64,000 nt of DNA, from NCBI GenBank assembly GCA_965261085.1, contig OZ253442.1, forward strand, positions 640,001 through 704,000, given 5' to 3'. How positions within the stretch are numbered: position 1 is the first letter of the stretch; each line of letters begins with the position of its first letter. The notes beneath the pieces were generated by a model, which had not been told where the DNA came from, searched no databases, and saw only the letters and a list, made by a program, of their open reading frames with translations. Below are positions 47,227-57,220 of the stretch, piece after piece. The stretch is from a bacterium. Lineage in GTDB: Bacteria; UBA8248. Made by a program: the position numbers and the translations under genes.

Positions 47227-48051
47227 ATGAGGTGTGCCCTCACGTGGCTATCCCTATTGATTCTGTTGGTTTTAGGATTTGGGACCAATTCTCTCGCGTT
47301 GGAGCGCTTGAAACTTGCGACTACGACGAGCACAGAGAATTCTGGTTTGCTCAAGCAATTACATCCTGTATTTGAGAAAAAATATGGTGTTTTCGTGCAT
47401 ACCATATCCGTAGGCACGGGGAAGGCATTGCGACTGGGGCAAAATGGTGATGTGGACGTTGTGCTCGTCCATGCGAAGAAATCGGAAGATTTGTTTATGG
47501 AGCGAGGCTACGGTGTTCGCAGAAGAGCCGTCATGTATAACGATTTTGTGATCGTAGGCCCAGCATCGGACCCTGCTGGGGTATTCAGGACATTCGATGT
47601 GTCCAAGGCGTTGCTTCGAATAAAGAATTCGGAAAGTCTTTGGTTCAGCAGGGGAGATGACTCTGGAACACACAAGAAGGAAATAGAGCTTTGGAAAAGT
47701 GCCGGCGTTGGTGTGTTTGGTCCCTGGTATCGCGCTTTGGGCCAGGGAATGGGCAGAACGCTGATGGCAGCGGACGAAAAGAGTGGATACACGCTTACAG
47801 ACAGAGGCACTTATATTGCTCTCGTTGCGAACAGAAAGATTTCCCTCAAGATCCAAGGGTCAATAGGAGAGCGCTTGCACAACCCTTATAGCGTGATCGC
47901 CGTGAACCCGATGCGTCATCCACATGTGAAATTTGGTTTGGCAGTGAAATATATCGATTTTCTCACATCTGTTGAAGGACAAGGAATCATCCGTGATTTT
48001 CGGCTTATGGGAAAACAACTCTTTTATCCAAACGCGAAGAGAACATATTGA
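47227..48051 (+). CDS. tupA: tungstate ABC transporter substrate-binding protein
   Basis: ATTTSTENSGLL, VGTGKAL, SRGDDSGTH, YTLTDRGT. Confidence 0.93.
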   Translation: MRCALTWLSLLILLVLGFGTNSLALERLKLATTTSTENSGLLKQLHPVFEKKYGVFVHTISVGTGKALRLGQNGDVDVVLVHAKKSEDLFMERGYGVRRRAVMYNDFVIVGPASDPAGVFRTFDVSKALLRIKNSESLWFSRGDDSGTHKKEIELWKSAGVGVFGPWYRALGQGMGRTLMAADEKSGYTLTDRGTYIALVANRKISLKIQGSIGERLHNPYSVIAVNPMRHPHVKFGLAVKYIDFLTSVEGQGIIRDFRLMGKQLFYPNAKRTY

Positions 48052-48076
48052 TGAATTTCCCTAGAGGATAGGCGGT

Positions 48077-48763
48077 TTGGAATATTTACTAGATGGATTT
48101 GCCGATGGGTTGATGCGGGTGCTTAGGTCAGATCCAGAAGTAATGCGCGCCGCTTGGGTGACCATCAAAGTAGGTTTTTGGGCTACGATTCTAGCGTCTC
48201 TCATTGGCCTGCCTGTTGGTTTTCTGTTAGCGACAGCACGTTTTCGAGGGCGTGGGTTCGCCATCACAGTGTTTCAAACATCACTTGGTTTGCCCACTGT
48301 CGTTATCGGATTGCTCGTATATGGCTTCATCTCTAGGCGCGGGCCTTTAGGGTTTGCCGACTTGTTGTTCACTCCTTCGGCCATCATTGTCGGATTGGTC
48401 GTGTTGGCAATTCCACTCGTCGCGGTATTCTCCATGACGTCCGTCGCATCCGTTGATGAAAGGGTTCGGGAAACAGCACTCACCTTGGGTGCGTCCAATG
48501 GGCTTGTGGCCTGGACAGTGCTGCGTGAAGCTCGTTTCGGGATGGTGGCGGCGGTGCTGGCGGCGTTTGGCCGCGTATCTTCAGAAGTGGGAATCGCTAT
48601 GATGCTCGGAGGGAATATCGAGGGATATACCCGAACCCTGACCACGGCCATTGCGCTTGAAAGTATGAAAGGAGAATTCGGTTTCGGAATTGCCTTGGGC
48701 GTTGTGCTCTTGGTGATAATTTTCGTGACGAATTTGCTTTCTCGTTACATTCAAAGGTCCTGA
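48077..48763 (+). CDS. tupB: tungstate ABC transporter permease
   Basis: GLPTVVIGL, RRGPLG, GGNIEGYTRTLTTAIALE. Confidence 0.92.
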   Translation: MEYLLDGFADGLMRVLRSDPEVMRAAWVTIKVGFWATILASLIGLPVGFLLATARFRGRGFAITVFQTSLGLPTVVIGLLVYGFISRRGPLGFADLLFTPSAIIVGLVVLAIPLVAVFSMTSVASVDERVRETALTLGASNGLVAWTVLREARFGMVAAVLAAFGRVSSEVGIAMMLGGNIEGYTRTLTTAIALESMKGEFGFGIALGVVLLVIIFVTNLLSRYIQRS

Positions 48764-48764
48764 T

Positions 48765-49409
48765 ATGGATGTGTTTTTTCTGGAAAACGTGAAATTTCGG
48801 TTTGAGTCCGATTTAGTTCTGGACATTGGGAGAATAGAGGTGTCATCTGGTGTGGTAACATTGCTCACCGGAGCAAATGGTTCTGGTAAAACAACGCTGT
48901 TGCGTGTGATGGCGGGTTTGCTTATGCCTGAAGATGGCATCATCAAATACAAAGGTAAGGCCGTAATTTTTGGCAAACCGGGGCTCAAATACAGGAGACA
49001 GATCACGCTCCTCGCCCAGGAACCATATCTTTTTCAGGGAAATGTAATGTTAAATGTTTCTTATGGACCCCGAGCGCGTGGGATGAATATATCGCAGGCG
49101 AATAAAAAAGCTGAAGAAGCCATCCTCAAAACGCGATGCGAGGGCTTGGTTCACCGAGACGCTGCAAAACTCTCTGGGGGAGAGAAAAAGCGCGTTGCCC
49201 TTGCCAGGGCGTTAGCGGCAGGAGCGGAAACCCTTCTTTTGGATGAACCCATTTCCCATGTAGACGAAGAAAACAGCGAATTAATTGCCGGAATTATAAA
49301 AGATTTAGCCACCTCTGGAATTACTTTGGTTGTGAGCACTCATATACCAGAGTGGACGAATTCTCTTTCAGTAAAAAATGTACGACTCGCGTATGGCCGG
49401 GTGGTGTAA
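48765..49409 (+). CDS. tupC: tungstate ABC transporter ATP-binding protein
   Basis: GANGSGKT, LSGGE, LLDEP; operon position. Confidence 0.88.
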   Translation: MDVFFLENVKFRFESDLVLDIGRIEVSSGVVTLLTGANGSGKTTLLRVMAGLLMPEDGIIKYKGKAVIFGKPGLKYRRQITLLAQEPYLFQGNVMLNVSYGPRARGMNISQANKKAEEAILKTRCEGLVHRDAAKLSGGEKKRVALARALAAGAETLLLDEPISHVDEENSELIAGIIKDLATSGITLVVSTHIPEWTNSLSVKNVRLAYGRVV

Positions 49410-49410
49410 T

Positions 49411-50163
49411 TCAGGGTAATTCGGTTTCATCGACATGGTGCGAATCTCCGAATAAATCAGCCTCCAGCAAGCCTCCACGCCAAGTGGGATAATGCCTGAA
49501 ATAATAATCTACCAATCCTGCTTCAAACACTTTTGGTTGGGTGTAATCCGTAGCTTGTTTTTGCGAGCGGTGGCATGCTTGCGCTTTTATTCTCGCGTGT
49601 GGAAAGTTTCTCCCATCAATAATGGTTGTGTAGTCATCTCGATAAATGAAGTCGGAGCGATTGTACAAAGAGCGTCTTTTTTCTGGCGATATTCGGTGGT
49701 ATAGGCGTTTGGGAGCAACACCTAGATTTTTCCTCATAAGTTGGTGGAAAGCCTTTGTGGCCCAGCCGCCGACGGCAATATGGTCAGGGTGTCCGGTAAC
49801 GCCGTCCTCTCCATAAGTCACGACCACGTCAGGAGAAATGTTTCGGATAAATTCTTCGATGCGGGGTAGAATTTCTGAGTCCTCGACGGAATTCAATCCA
49901 CCATCTGGGTAGTTCCAGAGCGTCATATCTTTGACACCAAGCGCCCGGCAGGCGTCTTCCAGCTCTTTTTCTCGAACGTCACCTAACTCCTCGGGCTCAC
50001 ATATCCCGTTTGTGAGGCCTGCTTCTCCTCGTGTGAGAGTAAGGAGGCTCATGCGCACGCCTTGGTTTGAGTAGAGTGTGAATGTGGCAGGATTTCCAAA
50101 GGATTCATCATCCGGATGTGCGTAAATGTGCAGTATGGAGCGTTGGGAGGTCAATTTATTCAT
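49411..50163 (-). CDS. PIG-L family deacetylase
   Basis: AHPDDE, TRGEAG, GHPDH, HRSQ. Confidence 0.9.
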   Translation of the reverse strand: MNKLTSQRSILHIYAHPDDESFGNPATFTLYSNQGVRMSLLTLTRGEAGLTNGICEPEELGDVREKELEDACRALGVKDMTLWNYPDGGLNSVEDSEILPRIEEFIRNISPDVVVTYGEDGVTGHPDHIAVGGWATKAFHQLMRKNLGVAPKRLYHRISPEKRRSLYNRSDFIYRDDYTTIIDGRNFPHARIKAQACHRSQKQATDYTQPKVFEAGLVDYYFRHYPTWRGGLLEADLFGDSHHVDETELP

Positions 50164-50541
50164 AACAAAGAGATGGGTTGAAGAACCTGCGCATTAACAA
50201 GGTTGCATATTACCATTTCAAATGAATGATTCAAGAATTATGTCCTTCGTTTTTTCTTTTCGTGACTTGATCTCTGATCTTTCTGGTAGCGGTATTTCTT
50301 CTCTTCCCAGACATCCATATCAGCGAAATGACATTTTATACCCGAAATTCATGTAATCAAATTTCGACGAGCGACAAAAAGGTCATTTTCAAAAAATCCA
50401 TCCCCTTGCCCTGTATCCATCTTTGGTTTATATGAAACTTATGCTTACGAGACCCTAAAATTTGTTATTATCAAACTAATATACGAGTTGATGCTGATCA
50501 ATGATTTGTGAAACTCTGTTCCATTACAAGGAGTCGGTACT

Positions 50542-51699
50542 GTGGAGCTAGCCATTTCTAGGGATACGTTGTTCAGAGCCCTGCAGACGATACAAGGTGT
50601 CGTCGAAAATAGAAGCAGTGCAATGCCAATATTGCAAAATGTGCTTGTCGAGACCGAGGGCAATAGGAATATCCGCTTGTTGGGCACGAATCTTGATATC
50701 AGTATGCGGGGAGTGTTCGAGGCCGAAGTAGAGAAAGCGGGCAAAGTTACGCTGAATGCGAGGAAATTGTTTGACATTGTTCGAGAACTTCCTGAGGCGG
50801 AGGTTCGTTTCACGGAAGAAGATGGACAATGGATTGAAATGCGCTGTGAGCGCTCGAAATTCCGTTTTCCGGGATTGCCACCCACAGAATTTCCCGCCCT
50901 TCCTGAGTCGAAAGACTCAAAAACACATACAATTTCCGCATCGGTATTATCGGAAATGATTCGCAAGACAATGTTTGCGATATCTCAGGATGAGACGCGC
51001 TATACTTACAATGGCGTCTTCATGGAAACCGAATCCGATATACTGCGCCTTGTCGCTACGGATGGCCATCGGTTGGCGATGATTGAGCGAGCGAGCGAAG
51101 GGTTGATACTTGATGGAGGAGTGATTGTCCATAAAAAAGCTTTAGGAGAACTGGTGAAGCTCTTGCAGGGCGTCGAGGGTGACATATCCGTTTCTCTCAC
51201 CCACGTCTCAAGCGGTCAGGGTTTGTCTCTTTCAGGAGACGAAGCGTCTGCTTCTCTCACCCCAAACCACATCATTTTTCAAATGGATAATATTGCATTA
51301 TCGGCCCGGCTGATAGACGGTGAATTTCCGAAATATAGGCAGGTGATTCCAGATAACAATGAGCATTCCATTTTGATGAACCGGGAAAGGCTAACACAAG
51401 CGCTCAGGCGGGTTTCCCTTTTTACTAATGAAACACGCATGGTGAAATTCGAGTTTTCGCCGGGCCAGTTGAAGTTGACGACGAACGGCTCAGAAGCGGG
51501 GGAGGCTGAGGAAATAATAGAATCGAACGCGCAGACCGACATCACGATTGGATTTAATTCAAGGTATTGTCTTGATGCGCTCTCCATATTGGATGAAGAG
51601 GAAATCAGCATGGAGTTAAAGGATTCGCTGAGCCCAGGGGTACTCTCTCCTAAAGACTCGGATGGTTATACATATGTTGTAATGCCGATGCGTGTCTGA
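50542..51699 (+). CDS. dnaN: DNA polymerase III beta sliding clamp
   Basis: MPILQNVL, VATDGHRLA, RLIDGEFPKY.QVIP, IGFN, VVMPMRV. Confidence 0.96.
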   Translation: MELAISRDTLFRALQTIQGVVENRSSAMPILQNVLVETEGNRNIRLLGTNLDISMRGVFEAEVEKAGKVTLNARKLFDIVRELPEAEVRFTEEDGQWIEMRCERSKFRFPGLPPTEFPALPESKDSKTHTISASVLSEMIRKTMFAISQDETRYTYNGVFMETESDILRLVATDGHRLAMIERASEGLILDGGVIVHKKALGELVKLLQGVEGDISVSLTHVSSGQGLSLSGDEASASLTPNHIIFQMDNIALSARLIDGEFPKYRQVIPDNNEHSILMNRERLTQALRRVSLFTNETRMVKFEFSPGQLKLTTNGSEAGEAEEIIESNAQTDITIGFNSRYCLDALSILDEEEISMELKDSLSPGVLSPKDSDGYTYVVMPMRV

Positions 51700-51831
51700 A
51701 CATCTATTCGGTTTGCCTAAAGGTACAATCTTACGTAGCCGGTTTTCCCAAAATGAAACGGTTTGTGAATCATCGTTTCTTAGGCGTCTCTTTGATGGGG
51801 CGCCTGTATTTTTGGTCACGGTATTCAACAA

Positions 51832-53067
51832 ATGAAATTCTATTATTCAGAAAAGGCAAGTGAGAATTCAAGCCGCTATTATGGCTGGGTGATAGTTGGC
51901 CTTACCTTTTTCACCATGGCTGTCGGTGGTTCCATCGTCGGAACGTTTCCCGTTTTTTATGTGGTTTTTCTCAATGAATTTGGGTGGTCTCGGGCGGACA
52001 CCGCCCTGGCGTTTTCTTTTTCAATGGCCACGTTTGCGATTTCCGCCGGCTTTATTGGGGCAATGGTGGACCGTTGGGGTCCGAGGGTGATCATCCCTAC
52101 GGGAATCACAATTCTAGGTGTCGGCCTTGCTTTGATGTCAAAGGTTTCCAGTTTACCCACCTTGTATTTTTTCTATGGAGGTGTCGTAGCACTAGGCGTT
52201 ACCATGTTTGGGTTTATTCCTACGAGCACTATCGTTAGCCAATGGTTTACGCAGCGCCGTTCTCTGGCGATGGGGATATCGTTATCGGGCAGGAGTTGTG
52301 GCGGCATCGTCATGGTTCCGTTTTCTGCTTATCTAATCGCGACTTTTGGATGGCGAGCAGCGTATGTTTTGCTGGCGGTTGGCATCATCGTCTTGTTGGT
52401 TCCCTTGAATGTATTTTTGCACCGTGGCCGTGTCGACATAACGGAGAGAAGAGCAGGAGGTGACCTCAGGTCGAACTGGACCTTGAGAGAAGCTCTGTCC
52501 GATTCGGTTTTTTGGCTATTGTTTTTGGCGGGGATATTTAATGGTGTTGGTTTCAGCGTGGTCGGTGTGCACCAGGCCGCGCACATGGTTGATGTAGGAA
52601 TGAGCACGATGAGAGCTGCCTCTCTGATAGGAGGTCTGGCTGTAGTCCGAGCCTTGGGAGGTATTTTGGGGGGTTGGGTGGGAGACAGGATTGGGCGAAC
52701 CCGAACTTTTTATCTGCTTAGCGTGGTTGCCATATCGGGCGTTTTTCTGTTGATGAATTTATCTGAAGAGCGTGCTTGGCTGGGATATGCTTATGTTTTG
52801 GTGTATGGCATCGGTGCTGGAGCCCGGGGCGCGATTTTCGTATCGCTCAAGGCGGATATTTTCGCAGGCAAAAGTTTTGGTCGAATCCTAGGCTTCAGTC
52901 AAATGGGAGGAGGATTGGCCTCAGCCGTCGGGCCTTGGATTGCGGGATATTTTTTTGATTTATGGAAAAGCTACTATTGGGCGTTTATTCTCGTGTTGGC
53001 TGTTCAAGTGTTATCGCTTATTGCAGTGGCTGCGGCGTCCTCGCAAGCAAAGAGAAGAACAGTATGA
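51832..53067 (+). CDS. MFS transporter (OFA/MCT-like)
   Basis: YYGWVIV, DRWGPR, GDRIGR, ~12 TM. Confidence 0.9.
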   Translation: MKFYYSEKASENSSRYYGWVIVGLTFFTMAVGGSIVGTFPVFYVVFLNEFGWSRADTALAFSFSMATFAISAGFIGAMVDRWGPRVIIPTGITILGVGLALMSKVSSLPTLYFFYGGVVALGVTMFGFIPTSTIVSQWFTQRRSLAMGISLSGRSCGGIVMVPFSAYLIATFGWRAAYVLLAVGIIVLLVPLNVFLHRGRVDITERRAGGDLRSNWTLREALSDSVFWLLFLAGIFNGVGFSVVGVHQAAHMVDVGMSTMRAASLIGGLAVVRALGGILGGWVGDRIGRTRTFYLLSVVAISGVFLLMNLSEERAWLGYAYVLVYGIGAGARGAIFVSLKADIFAGKSFGRILGFSQMGGGLASAVGPWIAGYFFDLWKSYYWAFILVLAVQVLSLIAVAAASSQAKRRTV

Positions 53068-53215
53068 TTTTCATGGCAGTTTTCACGAAGCCGGCGCATC
53101 TCTATTAAGATTGTACGGAGGTGAATATACCTTTTCGCGGCGGCATTTTGGGAGGCACAGAAGATCAAAATCTACGGGGTAGCGTATGATATGGAAATCG
53201 ATCTTCAGTTTCTGC

Positions 53216-53788
53216 TTATGAAGCCGTTTTTTCTTTTTCTATAATCATCGATTCCATGAAGGAAATCATGTCTTCAGGCAATGTTTGTTCGATGTTCAGT
53301 GTACCGTGATAAAGAGTTGAATCGGCGAAATCGACATTGAAAAAATACTGGGAAAACAAACCCTGATCCCGGTCTGATCTCTTGATGGTTTCTTCTGCGG
53401 CTGTTCTCGTTACGCCTGATGATTCCATGAAATGACGGATCCGGGCCTCCAGGCTGCCGACGATTCGCAGATGAAGGGTATCGGGTCGATCCTTGAGGAG
53501 CACTTGACCTCCCCAGCCACCGATAACGACGTTCCCGTTATCCGCAGCTTCCTTCATGCTTTCAGATAAAACGCTTCGCAAGCTGTCTCGCCCGACACCA
53601 AAAGTACGTTCCAGGATTGTCGGAGCGCGGCCTTCTATTTTCTCTAAATCCAGGGTCAAACCTCGTTGCTTGCAAAGTTCGACGAGTTCGTCACGTCCCA
53701 GAAACGCATAATCCAATTCGTCCGCAAGCTTGTGTGCAATGAAAATTCCACCTGTCCCGTATTGACGTGAAATGGTGACGACGGCCAT
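53216..53788 (-). CDS. cytidylate kinase-like family protein
   Basis: VVTISRQYGTGG, NVVIGGWGG. Confidence 0.82.
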   Translation of the reverse strand: MAVVTISRQYGTGGIFIAHKLADELDYAFLGRDELVELCKQRGLTLDLEKIEGRAPTILERTFGVGRDSLRSVLSESMKEAADNGNVVIGGWGGQVLLKDRPDTLHLRIVGSLEARIRHFMESSGVTRTAAEETIKRSDRDQGLFSQYFFNVDFADSTLYHGTLNIEQTLPEDMISFMESMIIEKEKTAS

Positions 53789-54000
53789 GTGAAATCTCCT
53801 CTTCTATAATCTCTAATTTTAATAATACTTGTTTACTAATCATATCAAAAATAATCATGACGCACGACCTTGATAAAAAGCGTATTGTTTCATCTTGTTT
53901 GGCGGACAAGAGGTGAATCGTGTCTTTTACATGGGGTATTCTACGGCTGGATGTTTTGATAAACCTGTAGTGATGATCGCTGAACGGAGAGGTAGGTATT

Positions 54001-54567
54001 GTGACGATTCCACCCGACGAGCTTCTTGAGCGCCTTGGAGTGCATACTTCGTTTTATGCTGCGGATGAAAAAGGAATTTTCGCCGTCCTGAATGATCAGG
54101 AAAAAGGTCATTTTTTTGCAGTGGATCGCGCTAGCGGTAATTTCCGTTGGCGAGTAGAGAACACGGCGGGGTGGGTGATGGCACCTCCTCTCATCTGGGG
54201 GGATTTATATATCGTAGGTACGAGCAGCGCGGAAATGAGGAGAGAAGAACAAGGAGGTCCTTTTGCAACCGTAAAATGGAAGCGAGGAGGTTCTGTCTAT
54301 GTTTTCGGCGCAAACGATGGCACCGTTCAGTTTTGGGATGACAAATCAGGAGTGGTGAGAAATACTCCTAAAGAAGAGGATGGCGTCTTGATCGTGGAAG
54401 GAGAAATTCGTGTGGGTGGTTTTCAGGATGAAGAGCCGTGGTCTTCATCGGCCGAAGTGGAAAGCCGCTTTTCATTGATAAACAAGCGTTTGATTGCCCG
54501 CCGTGTGCGAGGGGATGTTCCTCCCGGATATTTCGATGGAGAAGCGCCACCAACAGAGTGGGCGTGA
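54001..54567 (+). CDS. hypothetical protein with PQQ-like beta-propeller repeats
   Basis: AVDRASGNFRW and VFGANDGTVQFW blades. Confidence 0.6.
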   Translation: MTIPPDELLERLGVHTSFYAADEKGIFAVLNDQEKGHFFAVDRASGNFRWRVENTAGWVMAPPLIWGDLYIVGTSSAEMRREEQGGPFATVKWKRGGSVYVFGANDGTVQFWDDKSGVVRNTPKEEDGVLIVEGEIRVGGFQDEEPWSSSAEVESRFSLINKRLIARRVRGDVPPGYFDGEAPPTEWA

Positions 54568-54572
54568 GATTT

Positions 54573-55451
54573 TCACCTTTTTTTTCTTAATTCCTTCGCC
54601 ATTAGCAATGCGTTTTGCGGAACAAGGTTTGAGCGAAACCAATTGCGATATTCATCCATGTGAACGTTCGGAACCGCCTTTGCTGTGGTTCGATGTTTTT
54701 TCAAGGCAGCGGTGGTACGAGAGCGCAATTTTGTCATATAGCCCCTGAATTCATCCCATACCTTTGAGGCGGATTGAGTGGGAATGGGGCCATGGCCTGG
54801 GATGAGGAATTTGGCGGGAAATTTCTTCAGTTTTGGGATCGCATCTATCCAGTTGCCAAAGTTCCCGAGTCTTGCCACCGGGTGAGTCCGATAGTCGAGT
54901 AGATCGCCCGTAAATAGAATTCTCTCCTCCGGCATCCATACGACGGTGTCTCCTTTTGTGTGACAATGGCCAATGTGAACCATCTCGAATAGCCGCCCGC
55001 CGTAGCGGATGGAAATTTCGCCTTCGAATGTCACCATGGGTGGCGCGACATGAAGTTTGCCAATCAGGTGCTCCACTTTTTGTGGCCTGCCCGCCATTTG
55101 CTTCACCCAGATGCCCTCGTTCTCCTCTCGTTCCATCTCAAGGCGTACTTTGTCTTCACCGACGGAAACGGCCCCTCGTTTGTGGTAGTAACCATTGTCG
55201 GAGGTGTGGTCGAAATTGTGGTGGGTATTGAGCACCAAGCCGGGTGAATTTCGGATGATTTCTTTCATTCCGGACACAAAAGCTTTTCGCACCCGGATGT
55301 CGTTATCGACGATAACGGGTTTTTCGTCCGTAAGAACGAGGCCGAAATTCGTGCCACCGTCTCCTCCAATGAAAATATGCACACCATCTGCGATTTCGAT
55401 GAATCCTTGGGTTTTTGCCGGGCCTGGCAATGCCTTTACTCTGCGTGCCAT
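54573..55451 (-). CDS. MBL-fold metallo-hydrolase (cyclase-like)
   Basis: NTHHNFDHT, CHTKGD, FTGDL, IPGHG. Confidence 0.88.
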   Translation of the reverse strand: MARRVKALPGPAKTQGFIEIADGVHIFIGGDGGTNFGLVLTDEKPVIVDNDIRVRKAFVSGMKEIIRNSPGLVLNTHHNFDHTSDNGYYHKRGAVSVGEDKVRLEMEREENEGIWVKQMAGRPQKVEHLIGKLHVAPPMVTFEGEISIRYGGRLFEMVHIGHCHTKGDTVVWMPEERILFTGDLLDYRTHPVARLGNFGNWIDAIPKLKKFPAKFLIPGHGPIPTQSASKVWDEFRGYMTKLRSRTTAALKKHRTTAKAVPNVHMDEYRNWFRSNLVPQNALLMAKELRKKR

Positions 55452-55573
55452 CGTTTTCTCCTTGCGGGGGTAGCCATGATGACGATATCGTTATGAGAAT
55501 CAATGAAAAGGTACCAAAGTACCTCTGAAGCAACAATATCGAGAATTAAAACTTCATTTATGAGACTCCTAAG

Positions 55574-56773
55574 ATGAATCCTTATTCTGCATTCATAGGA
55601 CTTGAGTGTTCAAAAACTGGAGAGCAATTCAAGCCCGGCGGTTTGATGAATTTAAGCCCCAGTGGTGCTCCCTTGCTGGCGCGATATGACACCGAAACCG
55701 CCGCGCGGACTTTGGACATCAACAAAATGACAGGTCGCGTTCATTCCATGTGGCGCTATCATGAAATGCTCCCGGCTCCTGATGAAAGCACTATCGTTAC
55801 GCTCGGAGAAGGCATGACTCCCTTGTTGGGGGTGTCTCGTCTTGGAAAGTCTCTGGGATTTTCAAATCTGTTTGTGAAAGATGAGGGCTTGAATCCGACG
55901 GGAAGTTTCAAGTCCAGGGGATTGTCCGTAGCAATCACGATGGCGCGGCATCTGGGAGCGAAAAAAATCGCCATCCCCACGGCTGGGAACGCAGGTGGTG
56001 CGGCGGCGGCTTACGCTTCGCGAGCGGGGATCGAGGCGTCTGTATTTGTCCCGGAAAAAGCGCCGAGTGTGCACAAAGTGGAATGTGTTCTGGCGGGAGC
56101 AGATGTGACCGTTGTTCGTGGCTATATACATCATTGCGCGGAAATCGTGGCGCAAAGAACACCAACGGAAGGCTGGTTCGAATTGTCCACATTCAAGGAG
56201 CCGTATCGAGCCGAGGGTAAAAAAACGATGGCTTATGAACTCGTCGAGCAACTCAGCGGCGATGTTCCCGATGTGATTCTCTATCCCACCGGTGGCGGGA
56301 CGGGATTGGTGGCAATGTGGCGCGCCTTTGGGGAACTTGAGGCATTGGGATGGATTGGCGAAAAAAGACCGCGCATGATTTGTGTTCAGGCCGCAGGCTG
56401 CGCCCCGCTCGTGCGGGCATATGAGAACAACGACGATGTCTCGTCCTTATGGGACAACCCTACGACAGTAGTATCGGGCTTGCGCGCGCCAAAGGTTCTG
56501 GCGGATTTTTTATGCCTTCAGGCTATCCGGGAAAGTGGAGGCACAGCAATCGCCGTTTCCGATGAGGTGATGTTCGAAGCGCAAAGAAAAGTGGGTGCTT
56601 CTGAGGGGATTCTCATTTGCCCGGAGGGCGGGGCATGTATTGCGGCCTTGGAAGTTTTGCTTGAGCGAGGCGATATCGGGCGCGATGAACGCATCGTGAC
56701 GTTTAATACGGCCACGGGCCTTAAATATGCGGATATGATAGAAACGGAAGTCTCTGTTATTGACCACATTTAA
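55574..56773 (+). CDS. thrC: threonine synthase-like PLP enzyme
   Basis: LGEGMTPL, NPTGSFKSRG, TAGNAG, EGKKTM, PTGGGTG, TGLKY. Confidence 0.85.
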   Translation: MNPYSAFIGLECSKTGEQFKPGGLMNLSPSGAPLLARYDTETAARTLDINKMTGRVHSMWRYHEMLPAPDESTIVTLGEGMTPLLGVSRLGKSLGFSNLFVKDEGLNPTGSFKSRGLSVAITMARHLGAKKIAIPTAGNAGGAAAAYASRAGIEASVFVPEKAPSVHKVECVLAGADVTVVRGYIHHCAEIVAQRTPTEGWFELSTFKEPYRAEGKKTMAYELVEQLSGDVPDVILYPTGGGTGLVAMWRAFGELEALGWIGEKRPRMICVQAAGCAPLVRAYENNDDVSSLWDNPTTVVSGLRAPKVLADFLCLQAIRESGGTAIAVSDEVMFEAQRKVGASEGILICPEGGACIAALEVLLERGDIGRDERIVTFNTATGLKYADMIETEVSVIDHI

Positions 56774-56791
56774 GCGTAGGATGAAAGGCCG

Positions 56792-57220
56792 ATGATTGAG
56801 ATAACAAGGCAGGAGGAATTCTCCGCGGCGCATCGGCTGTTTCGACCCGACTGGAGCGATGAGCAGAATGAGACCATGTATGGAAAATGCGCCAACCCGC
56901 ACTATCATGGGCATAATTATGTTTTTGAAGTAACCCTGCGAAGCCCTGTGAACCCTGAAACGGGGATGGCTTATAATCTTGCCGATTTGAAAGAGGTCAT
57001 GAGGCGGGAAGTCGTAGAAGCACTTGACCATAAGAATCTGAATGAAGACGCTGCGGGTTTCATGAAAAACAGAATTCCCACGGCGGAGAACATCGTGATT
57101 TCGATTTGGGAATGCTTGGCTGAATATATAGACGCAGAGATTCTGTTTCGCATTCGCTTGTATGAAAATGAGCGAAATTTCGTGGATTATTATGGAGAAA
57201 ATCCCGATGGCGTTCGGTGA
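56792..57220 (+). CDS. 6-pyruvoyl-tetrahydropterin synthase family (COG0720), CX5HGH type
   Basis: FSAAHRL, KCANPHYHGHNY, LDHKNLN, PTAENI, LYE. Confidence 0.9.
   Translation: MIEITRQEEFSAAHRLFRPDWSDEQNETMYGKCANPHYHGHNYVFEVTLRSPVNPETGMAYNLADLKEVMRREVVEALDHKNLNEDAAGFMKNRIPTAENIVISIWECLAEYIDAEILFRIRLYENERNFVDYYGENPDGVR

Noticed and set aside
50164-50541. oriC upstream of dnaN
   Set aside because: AT-rich, but no clustered TTWTNCACA boxes seen and no dnaA nearby
56792-57220. Gene symbol queD
   Set aside because: Motif spacing is CX5HGH and no queC/queE is adjacent, so the symbol was withheld
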